Source: Andalucia godoyi And28 | Taxonomy: Eukaryota > Protista > Jakobida | Reading direction: 5' to 3' | Assembly (NCBI GenBank): GCA_009859145.1 | Contig: VRVR01000022.1 | Span: 124,001-188,000 of the forward strand | Length of the DNA stretch: 64,000 bases | Part shown: positions 12,272 to 23,250 of the stretch, one piece after another | Position numbering within the stretch: position 1 is the stretch's first letter | Layout of the letters: the number at the start of each line of letters is the position of its first letter | Translations under genes and position numbers: made by a program | The notes under the pieces: generated by a model | The model's database searches: none | What the model was told of the DNA's origin: nothing | The model's input: only the letters and a program-made list of their open reading frames with translations

Positions 12272-15200
12272 TTAGGAATCTTGTTCGTTGTCGTCGTCGT
12301 CTTCAAGTTCAGCATCTTCCTCAAAACCGGAGACATGCGATTGAGCGGTGTCAGGACGAACAAAGTGCGAATGTGCTTGCAGTGAAACAATGGACTCATT
12401 CATTCGCGAGGCACTTCCAGGGCGCTTGTCCGGTGATGAATTTTCGACAATCGGCAGGTTCTGGCTGTTCTGCCACCAGGAATCATCACGAAGTTGCGCA
12501 TCCGAATTCCACTGACGTCTACCGCCATTACCGCGATTGCTTTCTTCCCGAGAGTCTGTGCGGCTCTGCGAGGATTCCGAAGTCGATCGGGTAGGAAGGA
12601 GTGGTGTAGCGGCTCGTTGAGGGGTTGGGGGACGATTGCCACCTGTACCGGAAGAAGGCCGTGAAGAGCTGCGAACAGGGGCCCGAGAGGACGAAGCAGA
12701 TCTCGCCGACACCGTCCGACTCGAACTCGACGGCGGCCTGGACGCCGACGACGGAGACGCGGAACCATCAATGCGAGCCTCAAACCGCTCCAGCTGCTTC
12801 ATTCGAGCATCGTTCTTGTCGGCGTACGATGCGGCAGTTGGCGTCACTGCATTCTGACGCCGTTTCACCATCACTGGAGCGGATGGAATCGGACTGGCGA
12901 CTGCTTCAGCACGACGCTTCGGAGCCTGTTTCGAATTCAGAGGAGAATTATCTCCAGCAGTCGGATAAATAAATGCGGAAGATGAGCTCATCGACTGCAT
13001 CAACATGGACACGTTCGCGTTTTCGTCTCTTCGCCGACGGACCTGCGGCTCGGGCGAAGGAGAATAGACAGAGTCGTCCCCGTCAAGGTCCTCATACTCT
13101 TCATTATCAAAGCGGGATGGCGATCTTGAAGGGAATGGATTATCTTCAAACAGCAAATCAGGAGCAGAGGGTACAAGAGGAGAGATGGGTTCCGGCACCG
13201 GATCAGGTCTGTGCACTCTCGACGAGTGCGCAGAGTCCAAAGAATATGGATCACGGCGAGTTGCAGATCGCTGAGGCTGACGTGGAGGCCGGTTGGAGGA
13301 CGGAAGTGCGATATTCGGAACCATCGGTATTGGCTGATGCTGGTGCTGCTGTTGCTGCGGAGCCGATCTCATTTCTGTGATCACCCGTTCCTGCTCGTGC
13401 AGCCTCTTCTGCAACTCCTCCTTTTCCTGGCGCAACTCCTCGCGAATCTTTTCGAATTGCTGCATGTACTGCTGCATCATAAATGCCTGCATTTCCATTC
13501 CACCGCCCATGCCCATACCATGCATGCCCATTCCCATGCCCACGCCCATTCCGACACCCATACCTGGCATAGCTTGCATTCCTGCACCCATGGGATTCGG
13601 GGCGACAACGCCTCCGAATTGCCCAGGCATCATACCGGGCATATTCACGCCAGAAGAAGGCCCCAAGTCATGTATCCCCAGCATCGGTACCGTTGGAATG
13701 GAAGGATTCATCATCATCGGCTGACTCAACTGCGAGAGATTGTTAGTCCCAAACTGTGGAGCACCACCGAACGACGGAGACGGAGCGTGACTGGAAGAAT
13801 ACGCAAACGGAACAACTTCTGCAACAGGGCGGGAAGCGTTCGAAACCTGTCCAGGAAAATCGCCAGCATCTCCAAAAACGCCAGTGCTGCGCGGATTTCC
13901 AAACAGAGAGTCTCCTTCATTTTCCGGTGCTGGGGAAAGATGCGCACCAGCCGGCTTTTGCGGCTTGTTGTCCCAGCTCGCAGTATCTACCGGCTTTTCC
14001 AAGTCTGCATTCTTTCGCTTTCCTTTATCTGAAGGATCGGAAAGCTGGTGCCTATGGTGATGGATTCGCGCATTGTTGTATTCATCCTGCCTCCTGAGTC
14101 TTTCTTCCTCCTTCTTTAGCTCCTCGACTCTCTTCTTTTCTCGCTCCTCTTGCTCCCTTTTCTTTTCCATCTCTTCCTCCTTTCGAGCTCTGTCCTCTGC
14201 TCGACGTTCTTCTTCGAGGATTTTCCGTTTCTCTTCCTCCTCCCGTTTCTTCTTCTGCTCTATCTGTTGGCGAAGCTGCTCCTGCAATGCGATCTGTTGT
14301 TGCTTCTTTTGCCGCTTGGTGTCTTCTTCGGACAGAGTTTCATCATTGACATGCCTCTTTTGAACGGGAGAGGATGCTGTTGGGCTGGAGGACACATCAC
14401 CATATGCGTTGGAACCAGGGGCAACTGCTCGCGGAGCATACTCAGCGTCCTTGGTATATATTCCTCTGTCGTTCGTGGCATCGTGCGCATAAACGCCAGG
14501 CTGTGCTGCGGCATTACCATGATAGTCATCGTCTCCACCAAATGGTGCTCCACCGTGACCGCCCCTTGGAGGTGGGAAATCAGCATGAGAGTGAGATGAA
14601 AAGGGCAATTCCATTGCGGGTCCGAACAAATGCGAAGCGCCAGATTGGGGAGACGCACCAGGGCCTTGCGAATGCCTTGCAGCACCGGGAGGAGGCAGCG
14701 GAGGCTGACCTCGCGCATCCAACTTTAACTGCATTTGCTGCTGCAGTTCTCTGGCATACTCCTCCTGCTTCTTCTTTTTCTCCATGTGGATCCTTTCAGA
14801 ATCAAATACATGACCACCCTGATTCGCTTGCATCGCAGCAAACGTACTCTTCGCATCATCCCTGTTTGAAATTTGGCTCTTGAGATCGCCCGCATATTCT
14901 TCTTGCCTTCGTCGTTTATCTGCCACCGAGCTCCCGGAATCAAACCCAGCCATCCCTCCTTGACCAGGAACGGCGTCCGCATATGCGGATTTTGGATCGC
15001 GTGTGCCATGTGACATTTGTTGTCGCAGATCTTCTGCATATTGTTCCTGTTTGCGTCGCTTTTCAGCTGCCATCTTATCAGAATCAAAAGCAAGACCAGA
15101 TTGGTTCGCGAGAGACGCTACATAGGCATCCTTGCGATCCGATGAACCATAGTTCATCTGCTTCTTCAACTCCTCCGCGTATTCCTGTTGCTTCTTTCTC

Positions 15201-16861
15201 TTTTCCAGGGCTAAGCGCTCAGAGTCAAACATGAATCCTCCTCCTTGATTGGACTGTGCACTGGCGAATGCCGTCTTCCGATCATTCAGACCCGAGACCT
15301 GTGTTTGTTGTCTGAGTTCTTCCGCGTACTCCTGTTGTTTTCGTCTCTTTTCTGCGGCTTGCCTCTCAGAATCAAACACCATCCCTCCAGCATTGACCTG
15401 CTGGACCGCGAGCGTATCCCTTCCCCTTCCGATGTCACTTCCGCGAGCCGCCTGCCTTCGCAGATCCTCTGCATACTCCTCTTGCTTCTTTCTCTTCTCG
15501 AGCGCCAACCGTTCCGAATCGAACAGCAACCCGCCTTGGCTGGCCTGTGCAACGGCGAAGTCGGTTTTCCTGTCCCGCGATGGAGAAGCAGCAACTTGTT
15601 GCCGAAGTTCCTGCGCATACTCCATCTGCCTCCTGCGCTTATCAGAAACGTTCTTTTCAGAGTCGAACAGGAATCCATTGCTCGAATTGTTATTTGTCGG
15701 AGCATCAGAGAGGGATTCTCTCTTCTGCATGGCCACACTGTCATCTCGCTGCCATTGTCGTACCTCGACATGCGACTCGAATGCCGCCGCAGATGATGGT
15801 ACAGAAGGGGTTCGTCCAATGGAATTTCTCCTGCCAGACGGGTGCGGGGGAAGCGCAGACGCAGCGGATGCAGCAGCTGAGAGATAGGAGGGTTCCGAAG
15901 CTGTAAAAGGATTCGAGGTAACTGGTGCAATTGCGGGGCCCGGGCCAAACGGATCTCCAAAAATGCGTTCAGATGGAGCAGACAAGACAGGGGCTGGTCC
16001 CGATAGACTTGTCGCATATTGCTGCTGCTCCCCTTGGCGCTTTTGTCGTTTCAACTCGTAGATTCGTTCACGAAGCGACTGTGCTTCTTGTTCCTTTTCT
16101 GCGTTGGTCATAGCAGATATTGGAGCAGACGGAATTCCACTGCGAGGACGCAACTGTGACTGGGATTGGGAGTGTGACGTGTACTGGCCCGCAGTTGGAT
16201 CGCTGTACTGTTGGCCATGGTCTTGACCATGGCCGAGACCGTGATGCTGCTGGTTGGATGCAGAAAAGGGAGAAGCGGGCCTAGCATGCGAACCTGTGGG
16301 GCTGGGAGCAGCAAGCGCAGCAGATGGAGGAGCATCTGTACGAAGCCGTTCTCTTTCCTGCCTGCGCAATCGCAGACGTCGCTCTCGATCCGACTCAAAA
16401 GGATTATACGCTTTCGAGTCACCCCCGCCATACGGAGCTTGACCCTGAGGCGCAGCGGGTGCTCCAAACAAATCTGCGTTTTTAGACGGAGGGCCAGAAT
16501 CAAAGGGGTTCGACGATGGTTTCGTGGGTGGATTCCATGGCAAGTTATGACTAGGATTCGAGCTGTTCGCGTTGAGCGAGAACGGGCCAGCAGCACCATC
16601 CTGTTGATGATGATATTGATAGCTATTATTGGACACTCCAAACTCTTTTTCTTTCATTTCAATGAACCTTTCAAGCTCGTCTTCATGACCATCATTCCCG
16701 CCCAGTCCGTACGCGCGATAGTGCTGGAGAGTCTCCATTCGATCTCTCATTTTCTCAGCCAACTTTGCTCGTTTTTGTTCCTCGGCCTGCTTTTCAAGCT
16801 GCGCTCGAAACTCACTCTGCGTTTCTACTAAATTTCGCATCGGCCTGTTTCGACCTGCCAT
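12272..16861 (-). CDS. large low-complexity centrosomal/ciliary protein, CCDC66/CSPP1-like, with internal repeats
   Basis: 1529-aa ORF; about 9 repeats of FDSE..A.EKRRKQ.EYAE.L.QQ and a QQIALQEQLRQQIEQKK..EEEEKRK..EEER segment resembling the CCDC66 domain. Confidence 0.55.
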   Translation of the reverse strand: MAGRNRPMRNLVETQSEFRAQLEKQAEEQKRAKLAEKMRDRMETLQHYRAYGLGGNDGHEDELERFIEMKEKEFGVSNNSYQYHHQQDGAAGPFSLNANSSNPSHNLPWNPPTKPSSNPFDSGPPSKNADLFGAPAAPQGQAPYGGGDSKAYNPFESDRERRLRLRRQERERLRTDAPPSAALAAPSPTGSHARPASPFSASNQQHHGLGHGQDHGQQYSDPTAGQYTSHSQSQSQLRPRSGIPSAPISAMTNAEKEQEAQSLRERIYELKRQKRQGEQQQYATSLSGPAPVLSAPSERIFGDPFGPGPAIAPVTSNPFTASEPSYLSAAASAASALPPHPSGRRNSIGRTPSVPSSAAAFESHVEVRQWQRDDSVAMQKRESLSDAPTNNNSSNGFLFDSEKNVSDKRRRQMEYAQELRQQVAASPSRDRKTDFAVAQASQGGLLFDSERLALEKRKKQEEYAEDLRRQAARGSDIGRGRDTLAVQQVNAGGMVFDSERQAAEKRRKQQEYAEELRQQTQVSGLNDRKTAFASAQSNQGGGFMFDSERLALEKRKKQQEYAEELKKQMNYGSSDRKDAYVASLANQSGLAFDSDKMAAEKRRKQEQYAEDLRQQMSHGTRDPKSAYADAVPGQGGMAGFDSGSSVADKRRRQEEYAGDLKSQISNRDDAKSTFAAMQANQGGHVFDSERIHMEKKKKQEEYARELQQQMQLKLDARGQPPLPPPGAARHSQGPGASPQSGASHLFGPAMELPFSSHSHADFPPPRGGHGGAPFGGDDDYHGNAAAQPGVYAHDATNDRGIYTKDAEYAPRAVAPGSNAYGDVSSSPTASSPVQKRHVNDETLSEEDTKRQKKQQQIALQEQLRQQIEQKKKREEEEKRKILEEERRAEDRARKEEEMEKKREQEEREKKRVEELKKEEERLRRQDEYNNARIHHHRHQLSDPSDKGKRKNADLEKPVDTASWDNKPQKPAGAHLSPAPENEGDSLFGNPRSTGVFGDAGDFPGQVSNASRPVAEVVPFAYSSSHAPSPSFGGAPQFGTNNLSQLSQPMMMNPSIPTVPMLGIHDLGPSSGVNMPGMMPGQFGGVVAPNPMGAGMQAMPGMGVGMGVGMGMGMHGMGMGGGMEMQAFMMQQYMQQFEKIREELRQEKEELQKRLHEQERVITEMRSAPQQQQHQHQPIPMVPNIALPSSNRPPRQPQRSATRRDPYSLDSAHSSRVHRPDPVPEPISPLVPSAPDLLFEDNPFPSRSPSRFDNEEYEDLDGDDSVYSPSPEPQVRRRRDENANVSMLMQSMSSSSAFIYPTAGDNSPLNSKQAPKRRAEAVASPIPSAPVMVKRRQNAVTPTAASYADKNDARMKQLERFEARIDGSASPSSASRPPSSSSRTVSARSASSSRAPVRSSSRPSSGTGGNRPPTPQRAATPLLPTRSTSESSQSRTDSREESNRGNGGRRQWNSDAQLRDDSWWQNSQNLPIVENSSPDKRPGSASRMNESIVSLQAHSHFVRPDTAQSHVSGFEEDAELEDDDDNEQDS

Positions 16862-17482
16862 GAGTCACAAACCACACGCGTACGCACACACACACACACA
16901 CACACACAATATACACAATACACGAAACAAGCAAAGCGATTAACGTTGCAAAAAATAAATATTAAATAAATATAATAAAATAAAAAAGACTTCGTTAAAA
17001 ACCGGGATTCTGCTTTTCAATTGGGAGGGAAAACCTGCAAAGGAGGGAAATCTTTTTTACAGCAGCCCCGAGCAGTATTTTCTGCCCATTCTGCTGGACT
17101 CGCGACAAAGTCGGCAGCCATAGGCACGGCGGCAGTTCTGCAACATGGTTGCTTGCTCACTGGGTACTTCAATCGCAGCAAGAACAACGAGAAAGCCCCC
17201 AGTTTTCCACACTCGAGCGCTTCGTGGTTTAGACCGATAGTCTTCGAAGAGTGTTGAAGAAGTTCTCGGCAGTTCTACAGTGTTTTTTTGTGTTCCTGAA
17301 CGTCAAGTTTGTAAATTTTTGTGTCGCTATCTTTTCTTCCCCGTATAGCAACCACTGTCTGGCGTCTGTCTCTCGGTTTTCCTCTTCTCAGCGTCTTTTC
17401 TGCTGGTTAATCCAAGAACAAAGGAGCAAAAGACACATCGATCGATAGAGAAGAAGCAGAAGAAACAGAAGAACAAGGAGAC

Positions 17483-17773
17483 ATGATGGGCCCCAAAGTG
17501 ATTCATGACCGACAGGCGCACCGCTTTCTGATGAAGTTTGATGACAATTCAGAAGGCTATTTGGAGTATAACACGGAGGGGGAAAACTGCTATGTGCTTC
17601 AGTACATTGAAATTCCAGAGAAGTTCCGTGCTCAGGGCCTCGCAGACCAGCTTACCAAGGCTGCATTCGACGAGCTGTCAGCTTCCGGTTGTCAAATCTC
17701 CGTCAAGGATCAGTACATCCAGAAGCACTTTTTGGACTTGCATCCCGAATACAAAAAGGTTTGCAGAGACTGA
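17483..17773 (+). CDS. small GNAT-like N-acetyltransferase (YjdJ/NATD1 family)
   Basis: HD....RF......GYLEY......I.E.FRAQGLA.QL...AFD.......I...D.YI..HF. Confidence 0.8.
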   Translation: MMGPKVIHDRQAHRFLMKFDDNSEGYLEYNTEGENCYVLQYIEIPEKFRAQGLADQLTKAAFDELSASGCQISVKDQYIQKHFLDLHPEYKKVCRD

Positions 17774-17781
17774 ACAAACAG

Positions 17782-17822
<41 letters not shown>

Positions 17823-18180
17823 GGAACGGAAAGGACCTCTCCCTTCCCGGCGCTTGTTGGAACAACTGGAAACAACAGCAAATTCATAAACCCCAGAGCA
17901 AAGGAGAGGATTCTCAACAGCTGTAGCAATAAAGAAAAAAAAAGAAAAGAAATCAACTGTAAAAGACAAACCCACAGATTGCCGTTGGCTCTTCTTTGCC
18001 ACCAATGTTTTCCTTTTCAAAAAATTTCGATTTATTAAAATGTTTTATTTCCATCACACGTGTTGAGTAAGACAGTTATACTTTTTCAAGCCAACGAGTC
18101 TTTCTTTGCTTGGTTTTGAGTGTTTAGGAGGAGAGACAGAGAGAGAAAGAGGGAAAAGAAAGGAAAGGAAAGAAAAGGAA

Positions 18181-19731
18181 ATGTCTGATTCCATTGATTC
18201 TCTTATTTCCAAGGCGGAAGCAGCGGTTCGCATTCAGAAGGTGTGGCGAGGATACTGGGTTCGTCGGGAGCGATCGTATCACCAAGACCGATCACGGCTT
18301 TCAGAGTATGCGCAGCACACGAGCCTGCAAGCGGAGGAAGCGGCGATCCGCATTCAATCCGCATTTCGCGGGACGAAGGACAGGGAGCGTTTGAGAAATG
18401 AGATGAACTCAAATGCAGTTCGGTCGCCTTCACAAAAGCTGCGCATTCCACAGAAGGATAGGAAGTCCGGAGTGTTTATGATTACGAAAGCAGACGGGAC
18501 GGTTGTGGGAGCCGTGGTTCGGATCCAGTCGTTCTTCCGAATGGTTCACGCAAAAGTCTACGTGAGAGAATTGAAGTTCTGGAAGATGCAAAACGATTCG
18601 GCCGTCAAGATTCAAAAGGTGTTTCGAGGAGCTTGCACCCGAAAGAAGGTGCAGTCGAGAAAGCAGAATTACTCGTCTGAGAAGCAAGCGGTGACTCGTC
18701 AGTCGTTGATTGAAAAGTTCAAGGTCCTTTCAGAGCGCAAGGAATTGTTGCAGAACACAAATCTTGCGCTGCATCGCAAACTTGCAGAGTACTTTGCGGC
18801 GAAAAAATCGGACTCGGCTGGGAGTGCAGAGATCACGTCGACGAACGCGGCGGTTTCGGGTGATCTCGAAGCTCGGTACATGAGGTATTTGAGCCAGTTT
18901 CGTGAATTGCACGGAGAACACGAGCGGTTGCAAGGAGAGTACTCGTCCCTTAGTGAGGATATGACTGCACGGCTGGAAGACCGAAAAGCAAAGTGCAGCG
19001 AGTTTCAGGACTCCTTTGTGGCGTTCCGGACAGAGATTTTCAAAGCAGCGGAAAACTCGCGGACTGGCAAGCCCTTGCCAAATTCAGTGATTCAAGGATT
19101 CGAGGAGTCGCTTGTACTGAAGGAGGACGAGGTTTCTCGATCGCGACTGAAGAACATCACATACCGTAATCGATTGCATTCTTTGGAATCCAGTCTGAAA
19201 CAAAAGGAAGAGCTTGCGGAGGGTCTGCATCTTATCGATTTCGAGCAGCTCAAGATTGAGAATCAAACACTGAATGAAAAGATCGAGGAGCGAAATGAAG
19301 AATTGTCGAAGCTGCAGAGGAAGACAACGACCACCGTCCATATTCTGACCCACGTCAAGGAGAAACTTACGTTTGTCCAGGGCGACAACCAAAAACTCAA
19401 GAGAGAACTCGCGGATTTGGAAGACCAAGTTACGCGAGTCCGGGATGTGTTGACGCGAGCCAAGCACGATCGAGATGAAGTCAAGGTCACGAACACCAAG
19501 CTTCGAGAGGCGATGCCGTTGGTCGGAAATGACAGTTTGTTGCTTGATTTCGAGTCGCGCAAGGAACGCGCTGCGGGGCTACGAACGCAGATCAACGGGC
19601 TGAAGGAGCAGTACGAACAAATCAAGATGGAGGCGACACTCACAACGCAGCAGTACCGAAACGCAGAACAGTCTCTGAGCAGGACGCAGCTGGCTCGCGC
19701 ATCAATGACAGGAGTTCCTTTTGTTCGATGA
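18181..19731 (+). CDS. CCDC96: IQ-motif + DUF4201 coiled-coil protein (CCDC96/CFAP184)
   Basis: IQ motifs (IQKVWRGY, IQSAFRG, IQSFFR, IQKVFRG) and LAEGLHLIDFEQLKIENQTLNEKIEERNEEL. Confidence 0.88.
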   Translation: MSDSIDSLISKAEAAVRIQKVWRGYWVRRERSYHQDRSRLSEYAQHTSLQAEEAAIRIQSAFRGTKDRERLRNEMNSNAVRSPSQKLRIPQKDRKSGVFMITKADGTVVGAVVRIQSFFRMVHAKVYVRELKFWKMQNDSAVKIQKVFRGACTRKKVQSRKQNYSSEKQAVTRQSLIEKFKVLSERKELLQNTNLALHRKLAEYFAAKKSDSAGSAEITSTNAAVSGDLEARYMRYLSQFRELHGEHERLQGEYSSLSEDMTARLEDRKAKCSEFQDSFVAFRTEIFKAAENSRTGKPLPNSVIQGFEESLVLKEDEVSRSRLKNITYRNRLHSLESSLKQKEELAEGLHLIDFEQLKIENQTLNEKIEERNEELSKLQRKTTTTVHILTHVKEKLTFVQGDNQKLKRELADLEDQVTRVRDVLTRAKHDRDEVKVTNTKLREAMPLVGNDSLLLDFESRKERAAGLRTQINGLKEQYEQIKMEATLTTQQYRNAEQSLSRTQLARASMTGVPFVR

Positions 19732-20085
19732 ATCCCTCTCTTGTATGTAAATATGGTTCCGCATTATTGGTTTTTTTTTAAAATTAAAATGCTTATAAAT
19801 AATGTTTTTATCATTTTCATTTTCATTTTTTGTTCTTGTTTTGGGGTCTGGTTCCTCATTTCATTGCTCGTTATAACCCGCCAACCCAAACGTCTGGTGG
19901 ACGGTGGTGAAGATCGTCGGATAGTATGGCTGAAGGTGTGCAGGTCGAGGCCCAATGAGAGACACTGTCGAATACTGACAACCCGATTCCTCCGCCGCGG
20001 CCTCTCTCTCCCTCTGCGGCGCACTCCATTGCCAATCAACAATCAATGCAATATCCGCTCAATTTGAAAAACAGAGAAGGAAAGA

Positions 20086-20200
<115 letters not shown>

Positions 20201-20896
20201 CAAGTGGATTAAAAATGCGGAATGGCAATAAAAGAAGCTCGTTGAAACCCCTAGTTTTCTCCTGGTTGCGAGGGTCCAAATGGTTCTAACAAATGCACTG
20301 ATTGCTCAGCTAGAGAGCTCTGAACAGGAAAATAGGTTGTTTCTGTTTTGGGGTGCGCAGACACCACGGATGTCCCACTCAAAAGGGGAGCTTCATTGGA
20401 TGGGCGCTGATGCGGATTGTACAAGTCACTTTTTACGCCAAATAAATCTGTCTGAGGCGCAGCATGCGAGCCAAGTGTGTGGAGAGGTTTTGGGTTGGAG
20501 GGTAAACACCGTGTAGCGTGCTCAGTGCTGCTGTGACGTTGCTCGTGTGTTCAGAGAACTCACACGATGATTCGCCTGCTACGACACCAACAAGACCCGC
20601 GAAGATCGTTTTTGCGCAAAATTTCCCCTGCGACCAGGACCCTTTCGATATCCCTTCTCCCCACCATTTATTTCTTTTTCGCCGCTCATTCCCCAAAAGA
20701 CATCTTTCGTCATCAAACAACTCAACATTCGTCCAAGTTGTGCGGCCGGGGCCTGCGAAGTGCGGAGTGCAGACAGTTTTCCCCCCTTCAGTGTTCATAT
20801 TTTGCTGAAATTTGCAGCTATTGATTGTGTGCATCATTTTTTAATTCATTCCTTCTCTCGCGGTTTATTCGAAAGCCGTCCGAAAACCAGCAAAGA

Positions 20897-22570
20897 ATGA
20901 AGTCTCCCACATGTCCCTATTCCCATCCTGAAGAGTTCTGCCATCATCTTCCTTACCGAGTGACGCTTCCTATCATAGCAGCTGTTTTCTTGCTGGCACC
21001 GCTATGCTGTGGTTTGTGGCTTCAGATCCCGCTCGCAATGCCTCCTTCCTCCGACAAGATCAACTTCCCCATATTTCTACTCTTTCTTGGCCTGTACTGG
21101 TTCCAAGCATTCGGAGTCTCGCATTACCACATGGGTTCGCGCGTTCTGCTGTTTCCATTTCGTCTCCAATTTGCCTTCTTCTTTGCTGCTTCTTGTTTCG
21201 GAATCTGCTTCATAGCGGGCTTTCAGCCGTGGCTCGCGCAGTACTACACCGTCATTCTCAGTCTGATCTCGGACTTTATCTTTGTAATGGTCGCCCCCAT
21301 CATTGGTCTTCATGCATACTACCGCACCAAACACCCGGAGACATATCGTGCGTTTGGGATCCATCCAGAGCGTATTCGCGACATCCTTCATTTCGAAGGG
21401 GACTCCCCGTTGGCAACCAGCAGTGATAGTTTGAAACAGTCGCTTCTTTCATTTGACTCTTCGTCCTTCGATAACACCAGCGAGTCGTCCCCGGCGTCAT
21501 CGCCGCTGAAGAGTCCAAAGGGGTTCGCGTCGATCGGACAGGGTGTCACTGCGCCTTCGAAGCGCCGATACTTTCGCACGTTGGCACAGTCGGTTCCGTG
21601 GATTCCCGAAAGCATAGAGGAACTAAAAAAGACGTTTGCGACTGCGTGCAGTGTATACTACCTGGGGGTGCTCATGTATGGGTTCTGCTACATATTTTCG
21701 TACGTCTTTCGAGAATACTTGTTTGACTCGCAACAAGGAAATGTCTACTACGCCATTCTGTTCTCGTTTGGATTTTCGATTTCGTTTATGCCTGTCCGTG
21801 CATTCATGTCGAGACGAATTCGCACCAGTGCACGGCTGCAGGCACAAGAATACATTCTGAAACACGGTGCGGATGAGGAGGATGCACCGACGCACACGAC
21901 GACCACGGCGACAGTGAACCGTGAAGCTGCATTTCGAAGAATGCGAGCGGTGGCAATGGGCTTTGAAGCCACTTCAATCTTCTATCTGGAGCTCTTGTTC
22001 TTTGTGTTCTTCAGAAACCTGTTCAGCGCTGTTCATACCTATGCAGTGTTCTTCGCCTTGGAAATATCAAAGTACCTGTTTGAGGACATACTGCGATTTA
22101 TTCTCCCTCTTTCGCGGAAGTGGTTTGACATTCGGCGGCATCCAAAGCTGAGCAAAACGTTTCCGCTGTCGCTGCTGCGGTACACCTGTGCCGATTCCTA
22201 TGAGCTTGAAGTCTACAACACCTCTTTTGGATACGGCATCCACCTGATGGCAAATGCCGCATCCGGGTTATGCTACCTGGTGATGGCATTGCTGCTGCGC
22301 TACAATCACAATTCGCAGTTCTTCCATTACCGAGATATGACAAATGGCGAATTCCAACTACTGATCTCGCTCTATGGATACTCGTATGCGTTGCTCTTTG
22401 TGAATTTTGTCTTTCTGGCCGCATATCTTCGTCGCAAGCACGGACTGGATCTCATTTCCATATCGTGTACGCCGTTCGTCCGAAACCGAGTCTCGCTTGT
22501 CGCTCTGTTCCTTATCGCCCCGCACGTGATGCAAGATGTTTACTTGGCATTGCTGCAGTATAATGAATAA
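20897..22570 (+). CDS. multi-pass membrane protein of unknown function
   Basis: long ORF with about 10-11 hydrophobic segments and an S/P-rich cytoplasmic loop; no family recognised. Confidence 0.7.
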   Translation: MKSPTCPYSHPEEFCHHLPYRVTLPIIAAVFLLAPLCCGLWLQIPLAMPPSSDKINFPIFLLFLGLYWFQAFGVSHYHMGSRVLLFPFRLQFAFFFAASCFGICFIAGFQPWLAQYYTVILSLISDFIFVMVAPIIGLHAYYRTKHPETYRAFGIHPERIRDILHFEGDSPLATSSDSLKQSLLSFDSSSFDNTSESSPASSPLKSPKGFASIGQGVTAPSKRRYFRTLAQSVPWIPESIEELKKTFATACSVYYLGVLMYGFCYIFSYVFREYLFDSQQGNVYYAILFSFGFSISFMPVRAFMSRRIRTSARLQAQEYILKHGADEEDAPTHTTTTATVNREAAFRRMRAVAMGFEATSIFYLELLFFVFFRNLFSAVHTYAVFFALEISKYLFEDILRFILPLSRKWFDIRRHPKLSKTFPLSLLRYTCADSYELEVYNTSFGYGIHLMANAASGLCYLVMALLLRYNHNSQFFHYRDMTNGEFQLLISLYGYSYALLFVNFVFLAAYLRRKHGLDLISISCTPFVRNRVSLVALFLIAPHVMQDVYLALLQYNE

Positions 22571-22644
22571 ATCGCAAGATCGGTTTTGGATGATTAAAAA
22601 TGAAGACAGGTTGATTCGATTAATTAAAAAAAAAATATGAAGAC

Positions 22645-22729
22645 TCTCCAGAGAGTGAATCGAACACCCGACCCTATGATTTCTATAGCCCTCTACAGTC
22701 ACATGCTCTACCAACTGAGCTATCCGGAG
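22645..22729 (-). tRNA. tRNA-Tyr(GUA) with 12-nt intron
   Basis: CTCCGGA/TCTGGAG acceptor with C1:G72, D-arm TAGCTCAGTTGGTAGAGC, anticodon CT-GTA-G, intron AGGGCTATAGAA, T-loop GTTCGATTC. Confidence 0.95.
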
Positions 22730-22860
22730 AACTCTGATCGCGCCTCATCCTCACAAGCTTTGTGGTACTTGCAAGTATCCAGCATGGAGGAGGATGGAGT
22801 AACATCACTTGATGCTAACACCGTGTTCCTTTGGAAATGGGGAAAAAAAATTTGAACAAA

Positions 22861-22945
22861 TCTCCAGAGAGTGAATCGAACACCCGACCCTATGATTTCT
22901 ATAGTCCTCTACAGTCACATGCTCTACCAACTGAGCTATCCGGAG
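22861..22945 (-). tRNA. tRNA-Tyr(GUA) with 12-nt intron, second tandem copy
   Basis: mature sequence identical to the 22645-22729 copy; the intron differs by one base (AGGACTATAGAA). Confidence 0.95.
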
Positions 22946-23250
22946 TGCTCAGAGTTGCACTGCTGTCTTTTTCCTTGTCATCATTATCTGCCTCGATCGA
23001 GACCGCTCCTCCTTTCTTCCCGTTCTTTCAACAGTGAGCGTTTTCGCTTTCCCTCCAAAAAGACGCAACGTTTTCGATATTTCACTTCTTTTCCACTTCC
23101 TTCTGCATTCTTCTTTATCGTTCTTTTCCCAACCGTTTGTGTGCGTGCGTGCGTGCGTGTTGTTTTACTTTTCAAGTTTTTTTGTTGTTTCGAATTTAGA
23201 AAAGGGGTTCTATTTCTTTTTTTCTCCCCCACCCCGTTTGTTTATGAAAC

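Noticed and set aside
17187-17200. GAAAGCCCCAG resembling the RNase MRP P4 motif
   Set aside because: No complementary downstream GGGGCT strand on the same strand, so P4 cannot be built
20484-20505. Telomerase-RNA template-like CCAACCCAAAACC on the minus strand
   Set aside because: Does not form 1.5 copies of a recognisable telomere repeat, and there is no other support
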